A DNA stretch of 32,791 bases from Polyangiales bacterium (GCA_045106895.1 JBGCFM010000091.1:1-32791), one strand, 5' to 3'. Counted from the first letter of the stretch, positions 17,896-27,950 are shown. The notes: generated by a model from the sequence alone, not told the origin. Numbers and translations are program-made.

Positions 17896-20256
17896 ATGCG
17901 TATCCAGTGGCTCGCTTGCACGCTCCTCGTGGTGGTGACTCTCTTCTCCGCTCGCGCCGGCGCCGATGCACCGCGCGTGGCCATCATCAGCGACGGAGCC
18001 TCGGACATCTTCGTTCAGGAGCCGGCGCTTCTCGCCCAAGAGGTTCGCGCGCTTCTCGGCAATCGCTTCGAAGGCTTTGAGTTTCCGGCGGCGCCTACTC
18101 ATGTCGGCGACTTCACGGCGGAGCGCGCCACAGAGCTCGTCGACGAAGCTCTTGCGAACCGAGAGATCGATATGGTCATCGGCTACGGGATTCACACGGC
18201 ACGAGCCATCGGCCGAGTCGAACGCCTCACCAAGCCCGTGTTCCTGCCTTCCGCTTCACCTCAGCTCCACCGATTGCCTCAAGACGAAGGAACCAGCGGG
18301 CGGCGGAACCTTGCCTACCTGATTCGTCCCTTCGATCTCAACCGCGACATCGCTCAGTTTCGTGCAGTCGTACGCAGCGAACACCCCGTACTCATCCTCG
18401 ACAGCTACTTTGCCCAAGCGCTAGAGCAGCTCCCGACGTCCGTCGAGCTTGAGGGCGGTGGCAGCGTTCGAATCTTACCCGTCGCCGGAAACGTGGAAGC
18501 CATCATGGCGGCGATTCCAGCGGACGCGGACGCGGTGTATATTGGGCCGCTCTTTCAGCTTCCGCAGAGCGCCGAACAGGGCCTCATCGATGCGTTGAAT
18601 GGCCGGCGCCTCCCGACCTACGCCGGCGGTGGTCGCGCCTGGGTGGACCGCGGAGCTTTTGTTACGCTCATCCCCGCGGATGAGAATCAACGCCGCGCAC
18701 GTCGAATGGCGCTGAACATCTCCGAAGCCCTCGATGGCGAAGAGCCATCGCGTTTCAGCACGCTCTTCCAGCAGCGTCCGGAGTTGGTCATCAACATGGC
18801 GACGGCGCGTACCATCGGGGTCTCTCCAAGCTTCGAGCTGATGGTCGAAGCCACGCTTGTCGGGCAAGAGACGAACGCGGCACGCGGCCGTGAGCTCGAT
18901 CTACCAACCGTCGTCCGCGAGGCGCTGGCGGCGAATCTCGGGCTCGGAGTGGCCCGCCGCGATGCGGACATCGCCCGCCAGCAGGTCGAGCAGACCCGCG
19001 GTGGCTGGCTTCCAACCGTCGACGCCAATGCAGACTTCACGTGGCTCGACCCAGACGCCGCCAACAACCTCGGCAATGCAGAGCGACAGCTGAGCTGGGG
19101 CATATCGGCGCAGCAAGTCATCTACTCGCCCGCGCTTCACCAAGGCATTCGGGCCACCCTGGCGAATGAGCGAGCCGTCCAGCACGGGATTCAGTCACGG
19201 GAGCTGGACGTCATCTCTGACGCGTCCACCGCATATCTTAACGTGCTTCGCGCACGAACAGCGGAGCGTGTGAACCGCGACAACCTCCAACGGATACGCC
19301 GCAACCTCGCGCTGGCGGAGGTGCGCGTCTCCATCGGCAGCGCCAATCGCTCCGAAGGCCTTCGTTGGCAGATCGAGCTCGCGGATGGACGTGCGGCGAT
19401 CATTCAGGCGTCTGCGCAACGCAACCAAGCGGAGATCGCCCTCAACCGCGTCCTCAACCGAGACGACCTCGAGGAGCCTTTTCGGCCCGTGGAACCTGAG
19501 ACTCCGGAACAAGCCTCGGAACTGGACCCCGCCGTCGTTCGCTATCTCGAAGACCCGCGCTCGTTCCGGATCTTGCGGACCTTCGTGGCCCAAGAGGCGG
19601 TGCGTAACTCGCCCGAGATTCGGCAGATCGACGCGAGCCTCGAAGCCCTCGAGCATCAGATCACCGGGCTTCGCCGAGCGCTTTATATTCCTGATGTCTT
19701 CGTCTCCGGCGGCCTCAACCACGTGTTCCATCGAAGTGGCGCAGGTTCCGCGGACGACACGGGCATTCCGGGCGTCCAGCGAGACAACTTCACTTGGCAG
19801 GTAGGCGCCGGGCTTCGTTTCCGCCTCTTCGACGCGGCGCGTTATCCAGAGATTAGCGGCAACGAGGCCCAGATAGGCCAGCTCGAGACGCAGCGGCGGG
19901 AGATCGCCCAGCAGATCGAGCAGGGCGTCCTAGCGGCGATGCACCAGGCGGCTTCGTCACGGGCCGCGATGCGGCTCCGGCAGGACGCGGCGAACGCGGC
20001 GAATCAGAACCTGGAACTGGTCGTCGACGCTTACCAGCGCGGAGCCACAACGATCATCACGCTCATCGACGCCCAGAGTCAGGCCCTCCTGACGGAACTC
20101 TCTGCGGCGAACGCCATCTACGACTTCCTCGTGGACTTCGTTCGGGTGGAGCGCTCGACGGGGCAGTTTGGCTTCCGCCGCACGGAAGCCGAGAGGGTGG
20201 ACTTCCGACAACGACTGACGACTTACGCGGCCGAACAACGCCAGGAGCGGGACTGA
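17896..20256 (+). CDS. TolC-family outer-membrane efflux protein with N-terminal ABC substrate-binding-like domain
   Basis: Signal peptide; N-terminal half ends ELVINMATARTIGVS (ABC_sub_bind-like). C-terminal half has two OEP repeats (ALAANL..., WLPTV, AYLNVL, NSPEI, YQRG...LIDAQ). ATG 17896; the ORF is open from 17773. Confidence 0.88.
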   Translation: MRIQWLACTLLVVVTLFSARAGADAPRVAIISDGASDIFVQEPALLAQEVRALLGNRFEGFEFPAAPTHVGDFTAERATELVDEALANREIDMVIGYGIHTARAIGRVERLTKPVFLPSASPQLHRLPQDEGTSGRRNLAYLIRPFDLNRDIAQFRAVVRSEHPVLILDSYFAQALEQLPTSVELEGGGSVRILPVAGNVEAIMAAIPADADAVYIGPLFQLPQSAEQGLIDALNGRRLPTYAGGGRAWVDRGAFVTLIPADENQRRARRMALNISEALDGEEPSRFSTLFQQRPELVINMATARTIGVSPSFELMVEATLVGQETNAARGRELDLPTVVREALAANLGLGVARRDADIARQQVEQTRGGWLPTVDANADFTWLDPDAANNLGNAERQLSWGISAQQVIYSPALHQGIRATLANERAVQHGIQSRELDVISDASTAYLNVLRARTAERVNRDNLQRIRRNLALAEVRVSIGSANRSEGLRWQIELADGRAAIIQASAQRNQAEIALNRVLNRDDLEEPFRPVEPETPEQASELDPAVVRYLEDPRSFRILRTFVAQEAVRNSPEIRQIDASLEALEHQITGLRRALYIPDVFVSGGLNHVFHRSGAGSADDTGIPGVQRDNFTWQVGAGLRFRLFDAARYPEISGNEAQIGQLETQRREIAQQIEQGVLAAMHQAASSRAAMRLRQDAANAANQNLELVVDAYQRGATTIITLIDAQSQALLTELSAANAIYDFLVDFVRVERSTGQFGFRRTEAERVDFRQRLTTYAAEQRQERD

Positions 20257-20258
20257 AT

Positions 20259-21401
20259 ATGAACAACGCGACACGAACTTTCCTTGCGCTCTCCGTCAGC
20301 ATCTTTGGTGCTTGTGGGGGCGAAGAAGAGGCCCCCGCCGAAGAGATCATTCGACCGGTGCGCTCGATTGTTGTCTCCACCGACGATGGCTCTCGAAGCC
20401 GGTCATTTAGCGGTGCCGTGCGCGCGGGCAACGAAACACGGTTGAGCTTTCAGGTCCCAGGGCGTATCGCGGAGCTCGACATCACCGTTGGCGCCACGGT
20501 GGAGTCCGGCGCGCGCCTCGCCACCGTCGACCCGACGGACATCGAGCTGCAGATCCAAGAAGCTCGTGCCTCCGCCGGTCAAGCGCGCGCGCAGGTTCGC
20601 CAGGCCGCCGCAACCTACGACCGTATCCGCGCCCTCTACGCCAACCAAAATGCTTCGCGTCAAGACTTGGACAATGCCCGAGCACAGCGTGACTCCACAC
20701 AGTCCGCCGCCGCCGCGATCTCACAGTCCGTTCGGCGACTCCAGCGTCAGCTTGAGTACGCGACGCTCGTTGCGCCGGACGCAGGCACCATCAGCGCCGT
20801 TTCCGTCGAACGCAACGAAGTCGTCGGCGCGGGACAGGTCATCGCGGTCCTCCAGGTGGGCGAGCAGCTCGAGGTAGGTGTCGATGTTCCCGAGTCGCAC
20901 ATCAACCGCGTCCAGCGCGGTGACGAGGTCGAAGTTCGCGTGGACTCACACGATGAGCCGATGACCGGGACCATCTATGAGGTCGGCGTGCCGATGCAGG
21001 GCAGCTCGGTCTTTCCCGTGACGGTTCGCTTGCCGGAGGAGGTCAGCGATGTTCGCGCGGGCATGGCCGCGGACGTGAACTTTGCCTTCGACCTGAGCGA
21101 AGAAGAAGCTCCGCAGCATATCGTCCCCGTTACTTCGGTGAGCGAAGACACCGAAGGACGCTTCGTCTACGTCGTGGAGGGCGAGGGTGAGACGGGACTG
21201 ATCCGTCGCGTCAGCGTTGAGGTTGGAAGCGTGGGTGCCGACGGCATCGAGATTCGAGACGGCCTGAGCGATGGTGACCGTGTCGTCACCGCCGGGGTCA
21301 CCCGCATTCACGCAGGCCTTGAGGTACGGATTCTTGAGAACGAGGGCCGAGCGGACGGCGGCGACGAGAGCGCGCCGGACGAGGAAAGCGACTCGGAATG
21401 A
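20259..21401 (+). CDS. RND efflux periplasmic adaptor (MFP), lipoprotein
   Basis: Lipobox FGA-C, RPV, LSFQVPGRI, coiled-coil hairpin, LVAPDAG, GLSDGDRVVTAG. Confidence 0.93.
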   Translation: MNNATRTFLALSVSIFGACGGEEEAPAEEIIRPVRSIVVSTDDGSRSRSFSGAVRAGNETRLSFQVPGRIAELDITVGATVESGARLATVDPTDIELQIQEARASAGQARAQVRQAAATYDRIRALYANQNASRQDLDNARAQRDSTQSAAAAISQSVRRLQRQLEYATLVAPDAGTISAVSVERNEVVGAGQVIAVLQVGEQLEVGVDVPESHINRVQRGDEVEVRVDSHDEPMTGTIYEVGVPMQGSSVFPVTVRLPEEVSDVRAGMAADVNFAFDLSEEEAPQHIVPVTSVSEDTEGRFVYVVEGEGETGLIRRVSVEVGSVGADGIEIRDGLSDGDRVVTAGVTRIHAGLEVRILENEGRADGGDESAPDEESDSE

Positions 21402-24400
21402 GCATCACCGCCGCAGCGATTCGTTCGAATCGTGTCACCGCTGTATTGCTCGGTGTGCTGCTCGTAAGCGGCATTTCCGCCTACTTCGCCATGCCTCAGA
21501 AGATGGACCCAGGGTTCATCATTCGCACGGCGATGGTCGTCACGCAGTTTCCCGGCGCGAGCCCGGACCGCGTTGAAATGCTCGTGACGGACCCCATTGA
21601 GCAGGCCGTCCAGTCGATTCCCGAACTCGACTTTATCTCCAGTACCAGCCGCACCGGCGTTTCCATTGTGAACGTCAATATTCGTGAGCAGTACTCCGAT
21701 GTGCGCCCCATCTGGGACTCGCTGCGCCGGAAAATCGAGGCCGTCCAGGGAGAGCTGCCGAGCGGCATTCGAGGGCCAACGATCAACGACGAGCTCGGCG
21801 ATATCTATCCGATCATGTTCAGCATGACCGCCGACGGCTTCTCCGATCGCGAGATGACGGAGATCGGCGAGACCATTCGCGACCAGCTGCTTCACATCGA
21901 AGGTGTCGGTCGCGTGGACATCCAGGGCGACCAAGAAGAGCGCGTCTACGTTGAGTTCAACAACGCCCAGCTCCTTCGCCTGGGTCTTTCGCCCGTCGCG
22001 CTGCAGCAGATCTTGGCGTCGCGGAACATCATCGTTCCCGGCGGGCAGATCGACATTGGTAGCGAACGCATCGCCCTCGAACCCAGCGGCAATTTCAGCT
22101 CCGTGGAAGAACTCGGTCGAACGCTCATCGAGCTTCCGACGGGCGGGGTGGCGTACCTCGGCGACGTCACGACGATTCGGCGCGGGTATCGCGAGCCTAC
22201 GCAAGGGCTGGTCACGGTGAACGGTCAGCGCGCCCTGACGTTTGCAGTCAACGTCGCCGACGACAGCAACCTCGTCGAGATCGGCTCGGAGATTCGCGAC
22301 TTCTTCTCTGAGCTACCAGCGCGCTATCCCCACGGCATCGACTTCGAGCTGACTTATTTTCAGCCGCAGGATGTCGAGCAGAAGGTCGACGAGTTTGTCG
22401 TCAGTGTTCTTCAGGCCATCGGTATCGTGCTCGTGGTCATGTTGCTCTTCCTCGGCATGCGCACGGGCCTTGTGGTCTCGAGTCTCATTCCGATGGCGAT
22501 GGTGATCACCATCTGGGTCCTCTCCCTCGTGGGCGAGTCGATCCACCAGATGAGTCTAGCGGCGCTGATCATCGCGCTGGGTCTTCTCGTCGATAACGCC
22601 ATCGTTGTCAGCGAAGCGATCTTGGTGCGGATGAACAAAGGCGAGAAAGCCATCGACGCCGCCGTTGGTGCGTGTGCCGAGCTTCGCATCCCGCTCTTGG
22701 TCTCGTCGCTAACCACCTCCGCCGCGTTCTTGCCGATCTACTTGGCAGAGTCCGCCGTCGGCGAATACACCGGCGCGCTCTTCACCGTCGTCACCATCAC
22801 GCTGCTCATCTCGTGGGTTCTATCCATCACGGTGATCCCGCTCTTCTGCGTGCTCTTCTTGAAGCCTAAGGCCGAAGAAGAGACCTTTGACAGCGGCGTC
22901 TATCGCGTTTACCGCGCGAGCCTTGGAGTCTTCCTGAAACGCCGCTGGGTTTCCCTTGGCGTTGTCATTGCCGTGTTCGTAGCGTCGCTGCAGCTCTGGT
23001 CGTTGGTTCCCGCGATCTTCTTCCCCTCCCAGGAGAGCCCGTTCTTCATGGCGGGTATCGAGCTCCCTGTTGGCACGCGCATTGAGAACACGGAGGAGAT
23101 GTCCGCAGAGGTGGACCGCTGGCTTCAAGCGCGCCGTGTGGAGACCCCGGAAGCGGGCGAAGAGTTCGAGGAGGAAGGGATCACCAGCTGGACCACGTTC
23201 ATCGGGGAGACGCCGGTCCCTTTCACGTTGGGCTTCGCTCCCTCGCCATCGCTTGGCGGCTATAGCGAACGCATGGTGCATGCCAGCAGCACCGAGGCGG
23301 CGCTGGAAGCGATGGACGAGCTACGGGACTTCGTGGCCGCTCGCTTTCCCGACGCCAGCACCAATATTCGAATGCTCTCTGCAGGACCTCCTGCGGGTGA
23401 CCCCGTTCAGGTCCGGCTTTCGGGTCCGAATACGGAAGAGCTCTTTGAACTCGTCGAGCAAGTTCAGGGGCAGCTTCGTGACATTCCTGGAACAAGGGAT
23501 GTCGATGACAACTGGGGGCCGCGCGTCAAAAAGCTCGTTGTGCGCATCGACGAAGAACGCGCGCGTCGCGCCGGCGTCACCAACCAAGAAGCCGCCCTCG
23601 CGCTTCAGACATTCCTGACCGGTCTCGAGAGCACACGCTACCGCGAAGATGACGAGAGCATCCCCGTCATCATCCGAAGTGTCGCCGCCGACCGAAGGGA
23701 CCTGGAACGCGTCCGGAACCTCGCGGTGTTCTCTCAGTCTCGCCGTAGCAGCGTACCGCTCTCTCAGATTGCCGACATCGAGCTGGCCTTCGAGCCATCC
23801 GCTGTCCTCCGGCGTGACCGCTACCGAACCGTGACGGTGAGCGCGGACGTTGACGAGACCACCACCGCCATCGCGGTTGTTCAGGCGATCCAACCATGGC
23901 TCGACGAGCAGAGCGAGACCTGGGATGTCGGGGTTCGTTACGAGTTTGGCGGTGAGATGGAGTCGAGCGTGAAGGCAAATGCCAGCATCGGCGACAAGAT
24001 GCCTATCGCGTTGCTCATCATCATTTTGCTCCTCGTGGCGCAGTTCAACTCCATTCGAAAGTCGACCATTGTGCTTTCGACCATCGTCCTGGCGATGATC
24101 GGCGTCGTCGTCGGTCTAGTGCTCATGAAGAGCTCCTTTGGTTTCATGACCTTGCTGGGGATCGTTTCGCTGGCGGGTATCGTCATCAACAATGCCATCG
24201 TCTTGCTCGACCGCATTCAGCTCGAACTCGACGCTTCACCAGACAACCCGCTGGATGCCATCGTCAATGCCGCGCAGCAGCGCGTCAGGCCGATTTTGCT
24301 GACGACGGCGACGACCGTCGCTTCGCTCATCCCGCTTTACATCAGCGGTGGTGCGATGTGGCAGCCGATGGCCGTCGCCATCATGTTCGGTCTGATGTTC

Positions 24401-24469
24401 GCCACGCTGCTAACACTGATGGTTGTCCCACTGCTCTTCGCCATGTTCTACCGGGTGAAGAGCAACTAG
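21398..24469 (+). CDS. RND efflux permease (AcrB/AcrD/AcrF family)
   Basis: 1023 aa; FPGASP..VE..VT.PIE, TM4 GLLVDNAIVV, TM10 GIVINNAIVL, RVRPILLT; ATGA overlap with the MFP gene. Confidence 0.95.
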   Translation: MSITAAAIRSNRVTAVLLGVLLVSGISAYFAMPQKMDPGFIIRTAMVVTQFPGASPDRVEMLVTDPIEQAVQSIPELDFISSTSRTGVSIVNVNIREQYSDVRPIWDSLRRKIEAVQGELPSGIRGPTINDELGDIYPIMFSMTADGFSDREMTEIGETIRDQLLHIEGVGRVDIQGDQEERVYVEFNNAQLLRLGLSPVALQQILASRNIIVPGGQIDIGSERIALEPSGNFSSVEELGRTLIELPTGGVAYLGDVTTIRRGYREPTQGLVTVNGQRALTFAVNVADDSNLVEIGSEIRDFFSELPARYPHGIDFELTYFQPQDVEQKVDEFVVSVLQAIGIVLVVMLLFLGMRTGLVVSSLIPMAMVITIWVLSLVGESIHQMSLAALIIALGLLVDNAIVVSEAILVRMNKGEKAIDAAVGACAELRIPLLVSSLTTSAAFLPIYLAESAVGEYTGALFTVVTITLLISWVLSITVIPLFCVLFLKPKAEEETFDSGVYRVYRASLGVFLKRRWVSLGVVIAVFVASLQLWSLVPAIFFPSQESPFFMAGIELPVGTRIENTEEMSAEVDRWLQARRVETPEAGEEFEEEGITSWTTFIGETPVPFTLGFAPSPSLGGYSERMVHASSTEAALEAMDELRDFVAARFPDASTNIRMLSAGPPAGDPVQVRLSGPNTEELFELVEQVQGQLRDIPGTRDVDDNWGPRVKKLVVRIDEERARRAGVTNQEAALALQTFLTGLESTRYREDDESIPVIIRSVAADRRDLERVRNLAVFSQSRRSSVPLSQIADIELAFEPSAVLRRDRYRTVTVSADVDETTTAIAVVQAIQPWLDEQSETWDVGVRYEFGGEMESSVKANASIGDKMPIALLIIILLLVAQFNSIRKSTIVLSTIVLAMIGVVVGLVLMKSSFGFMTLLGIVSLAGIVINNAIVLLDRIQLELDASPDNPLDAIVNAAQQRVRPILLTTATTVASLIPLYISGGAMWQPMAVAIMFGLMFATLLTLMVVPLLFAMFYRVKSN

Positions 24470-24482
24470 TGCCCTGAGTCGT

Positions 24483-26324
24483 CTATGTGCGACGGCGCCA
24501 ACTTGAGCAGAGCCGAAGCGGAAGTGCGATAAGGAGGATGATGAGCCAGGCAAAGGTGCTTGAGCTCTGCGACGACGAGGCGTTGCAGCCGGAGTCCGCC
24601 GGAATGAGGGGGACTTCCGCTGCTTCCGTGTCTTCGGCGTTTTCTACCTGAGGGCGCACGCACACGCCGCCCTCATCGCCTACGCGCCGGCACTCGAAGC
24701 CTGACGAACACGCCAGCTCCGCACCGCAGAAACGAGAGCACACTGAACCGTGGGTGGTGCCTATGACGCATAGGCCACCGATGCAGTCTTCGTTGACGAC
24801 GCACTCGTCGCCGAGGATGCCGCTGGCGGGTGTGCAGATGTTCGCGTCGCCGGCGGCCAAACAGGCGAAGCCCAATGGGCAGTCCTCGATATCCTCACAG
24901 AAAGTCGAGCACCAGCGGCGTTCAGCCTGTGTCGCGCAGAACCCGCCGGCGCAGTCTCCGTTTTCCAGGCATGCCCCACCGATTTCCTCGAGGGCGCCGG
25001 GGATGCATCTTGACCCGCGGCAGTGGAATGTGTCGTCGCAGTCCTCCGCGAGTTCACATGCCCGCGCGCAGAAACGAAGGCCGGCGTCGTCGAGACAGGT
25101 GCCGTCCGCGCAGTCGCTGTCCGTTTCACAAGGCTCGCCTTGGCCACGTGGTGGGGCAACGAAACGAGCCTCCACGCACGCGCCGCACGAACCTTCGTTC
25201 GCAAAGCAGACTTCGCCGGCAAGGCACATGGCCTGTTCGTCGCCGCAGGGGCTGTGGCAGCGACGTGTGGCTTCGCCGACCGCTGCGCAGTAGCCACTGC
25301 TGCAGTCTCCGGACGCGTCGCATTCGACGCCAAGACTCCGTTCTTCCGTCTGGGGAGCGCATACGCCGCTGCAGTCGCCGTTGTTTTGGCAGAAGAAGCC
25401 AGGGGGGCAGCCGAGTTCGGCGCGAAGGGGGTCGCAGCTCTGCGTACAGACGACGCCAGCTTCCGTTTCGCCGCAAAGGCTCGAGGCGCACTCATCGTCG
25501 CTTGTGCAGCTCTCCCCGAAAGCCGAGCAGCCTTCGTCGACAACACCATCACAGTTGTCGTCGGCTCCGTTGCACACCTCTTCCGAGGCGACGCAGCCTC
25601 CTGTGCTCTCGATGGCGTCCTCGATAAACTCTTGGAGCGTCTGGAGTCCGTTGTACGCACCGGGCGCGGTGCCACAGACGGGTTGCGCACCGGTCTCGCT
25701 GTAGATGTAGCTAGCCACGCCGAAAATGCCCCCGCCTGGGCCAATCAGGGGGCCGCCTGAGTCTCCCGAGCAGACGGAGGGGCGGACGTAGATGAACCCG
25801 CGACCCGAGCCGTCGACGGTTTTCTCGACGCGCATCTTCGTGCCGCTGCGTCCGCTCGGCGTTTGACCATAACCGATGGCCGTGAAGGTCGTCAGTGTGT
25901 TCGGATTGCCGAAGTCGACGGGGCGGGGCTCTTCCGCTGCTGCCGCCGGCAAGATAAGAAGCGCGACGTCCGAGGCGTCGCGCAAGTCCCAGCGTCCTGG
26001 AGCGGGGAGTACTTCGCTGACGGTGTACTGCACCGTCGGGCGTCGCGAGCTCTCGCCGACGAAGAGGCGAAAGTCACTCGCTGCGGATGCGCTCGAGGAG
26101 TCCCCGTCTTGGACGCAGTGCTTCGCCGTCAGCACGACGCGGGGTGAGATAAGCGTCGCCGTGCACGCGGACCCAACCGACGCGTTGTAGAGGAACATCA
26201 CCTCCGGATATGCAGACTCCGTGACGCCATCGACGATGGGCGATTCCGCAAAGTCGAACTCCGCGAAACTGGAGGGCGCAGTGCATGCGAAGAGCGTGAG
26301 GGATAGACAGATGGCTTGGCGCAT
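24483..26324 (-). CDS. S1 (trypsin-fold) serine protease with Cys-rich repeats and MYXO-CTERM-like tail
   Basis: Catalytic triad LTAKHC / DVALL / CSGDSGGP. EEVCNGADDNCDGVVDEGC motif and repeated GxxCxxxxDCxxGxC. C-terminal GC, S-rich linker, TM helix and RRR. Confidence 0.92.
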   Translation of the reverse strand: MRQAICLSLTLFACTAPSSFAEFDFAESPIVDGVTESAYPEVMFLYNASVGSACTATLISPRVVLTAKHCVQDGDSSSASAASDFRLFVGESSRRPTVQYTVSEVLPAPGRWDLRDASDVALLILPAAAAEEPRPVDFGNPNTLTTFTAIGYGQTPSGRSGTKMRVEKTVDGSGRGFIYVRPSVCSGDSGGPLIGPGGGIFGVASYIYSETGAQPVCGTAPGAYNGLQTLQEFIEDAIESTGGCVASEEVCNGADDNCDGVVDEGCSAFGESCTSDDECASSLCGETEAGVVCTQSCDPLRAELGCPPGFFCQNNGDCSGVCAPQTEERSLGVECDASGDCSSGYCAAVGEATRRCHSPCGDEQAMCLAGEVCFANEGSCGACVEARFVAPPRGQGEPCETDSDCADGTCLDDAGLRFCARACELAEDCDDTFHCRGSRCIPGALEEIGGACLENGDCAGGFCATQAERRWCSTFCEDIEDCPLGFACLAAGDANICTPASGILGDECVVNEDCIGGLCVIGTTHGSVCSRFCGAELACSSGFECRRVGDEGGVCVRPQVENAEDTEAAEVPLIPADSGCNASSSQSSSTFAWLIILLIALPLRLCSSWRRRT

Positions 26325-26379
26325 AAGAGTACGTTCACTCCAGCCGCGGTGGATCCGGCGGCAAGACGAGCGAAATCAA

Positions 26380-26396
26380 CGCAAGGCGTATGCCAA
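26380..26396 (-). promoter_or_regulatory. sigma54 (-24/-12) promoter for the protease gene
   Basis: Minus strand TTGGCATACGCCTTGCG has GG-N10-GC with TGGCA and TTGC, about 55 nt upstream of ATG 26324. Confidence 0.6.
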
Positions 26397-26550
26397 TCGA
26401 AGACTCCAACGAAGCGAAGAACTTGGCGTCTTGAGTCGGCGAAAACCGCATCCTCGTGCGGAAATCGCCGGCCACCACGGTCTATTGGAGCCTACCGACG
26501 AGAGCGCACACTGAGCGACGCACCTATCCCTTGAACAATTTCCGTATCTG

Positions 26551-27303
26551 ATGCGTCCTATGGTCATGCGTCGCTGCTCCACGAGCCTTTTGTGTCTTCT
26601 GATCGCTGCCTTCGCGCTCCGCGCAGAAGCTCAAGATCCACCTAGCGTCAGTGAGGCGACGAGCCGTGCGACGGCGATGGAGCGATGTCTCTCGCCGTTG
26701 ATTCAACAGCTCCAGACGACACTCGCGTTGGTTCGCGAAGCCAAGACCCAGCTTCGAGCGAGTGACGTGCAGGCGCGCAATGATGCGGCGAGCGCCATCG
26801 TCTCGCTGGAGCAACGAGTTCATGCACTCAGCGAACAACTTCAGGCCTGCGCACCTCATAGCGCCGCCCTCGAACCCACCACACGGGTCCAGGAGCTCAC
26901 CGGAAATGCGGCGCGCGTTGCTACCCTCAACGAAGCGACGCAGGTCGTTGAGCGGGATGTCGCTCTCGTCGCCAATGTGCATGTCCTCGTCGGCGAACGC
27001 GTCGACGGCGCTGGCGAAGCCAATCACGACCTCGTACGCCGCGCCGTTCGCAGCATCGGTGCGCCGCTTCAGCGTTGCTACAGCCGAATGCTCGAGCACG
27101 GTGCGCTCCAGTCGGGTGAGGCGATCGTCGCCTTTACCATTCGTAGTTCGGGCGGGGTGGCTCGGCCCAGGGCAGAGGGCGTCACCATCGGCGGAGCGTC
27201 TTTTCGGCGTTGTCTGCAGCGCGCCGCCGAACAGATTCGTGTGCGTGGTCGAGCAACTGGGGGAGACGCGCGCTACGCCTACACGCTCCGCTTTGGTTCG
27301 TAG
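26551..27303 (+). CDS. Secreted protein with AgmX/PglI C-terminal (TonB-C-like) domain
   Basis: Signal peptide ending AEA, a helical hairpin with a Cys pair, and C-terminal VRRAVR...LQRCY...G...VAFTI.SSG.V...FRRCL...YTLRF. Start 26551, 26560 or 26566. Confidence 0.75.
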   Translation: MRPMVMRRCSTSLLCLLIAAFALRAEAQDPPSVSEATSRATAMERCLSPLIQQLQTTLALVREAKTQLRASDVQARNDAASAIVSLEQRVHALSEQLQACAPHSAALEPTTRVQELTGNAARVATLNEATQVVERDVALVANVHVLVGERVDGAGEANHDLVRRAVRSIGAPLQRCYSRMLEHGALQSGEAIVAFTIRSSGGVARPRAEGVTIGGASFRRCLQRAAEQIRVRGRATGGDARYAYTLRFGS

Positions 27304-27367
27304 CGTTCCATTGAGTGCTATCGCCTGAGCCCCGAAGCGGGGTACTCTCCCGCAACAGGAGACGGCT

Positions 27368-27907
27368 ATGGGAATGTACGGAGTGCTTTGTTCACTATCA
27401 GCAAAGCGCCGAGCGCTTCTCGAAGACGACACCTCGCTGGTCCTTGAAGCGCTTCATGAGCGCCGCTCCGTTCCCGGGCTGCTGAGTCTCGACAAGTCTT
27501 GGGACGCGCTGGATAAGATGCTCGCAAACGGGACCTCGAAGAAGAGTGCCGCAAGAGACGCAATCTTGGGTCACAACGGTTCGGAGTTTGGGCAATCACT
27601 CGGCTTTGATGTCCCAAAGCTCCTGGAAGCGAAGAGGGTGAAAGCCGTGGCAAAAGCGCTCGCGGGTCTCCCCGAGGGCTTTATCAAGGAGAACTACGCC
27701 GCCCTCGAGAGCCTCGACGTCCACGGTGAGTTCGGACGCCGTCGACCAGGCGCGGTCAACGACTACAAAGAAGAGCTTGAGGCCCTCGGCTTGTCCGAAG
27801 AGGTCCCCGAAGACCTCACGTACCTAAGCGATGTCTTTGTGCGCGTTGTGAAGTTCTACGCCGGCGCCGCGGAACGCGAAGAAGCCGTCATCGCGCTCAT
27901 CGTCTAG
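27368..27907 (+). CDS. DUF1877/YfbM-family protein
   Basis: N-terminal MGM, LSLDKSWDAL, AILG, and C-terminal FY..AA......I; CAGGAG RBS. Confidence 0.8.
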   Translation: MGMYGVLCSLSAKRRALLEDDTSLVLEALHERRSVPGLLSLDKSWDALDKMLANGTSKKSAARDAILGHNGSEFGQSLGFDVPKLLEAKRVKAVAKALAGLPEGFIKENYAALESLDVHGEFGRRRPGAVNDYKEELEALGLSEEVPEDLTYLSDVFVRVVKFYAGAAEREEAVIALIV

Positions 27908-27920
27908 TATCCGCGTAGCC

Positions 27921-27949
27921 CTAGTGTCCTAGTCCGCTCAGGACACTAG
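27921..27949. terminator. Perfect 10-bp inverted repeat between convergent genes
   Basis: CTAGTGTCCT-N9-AGGACACTAG between stops 27907 (+) and 27951 (-). Confidence 0.55.
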
Positions 27950-27950
27950 A

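Noticed and set aside
26524..27432. 302-aa minus-strand ORF
   Set aside because: Antisense to the AgmX/PglI-domain gene, which has a signal peptide and a recognisable domain.
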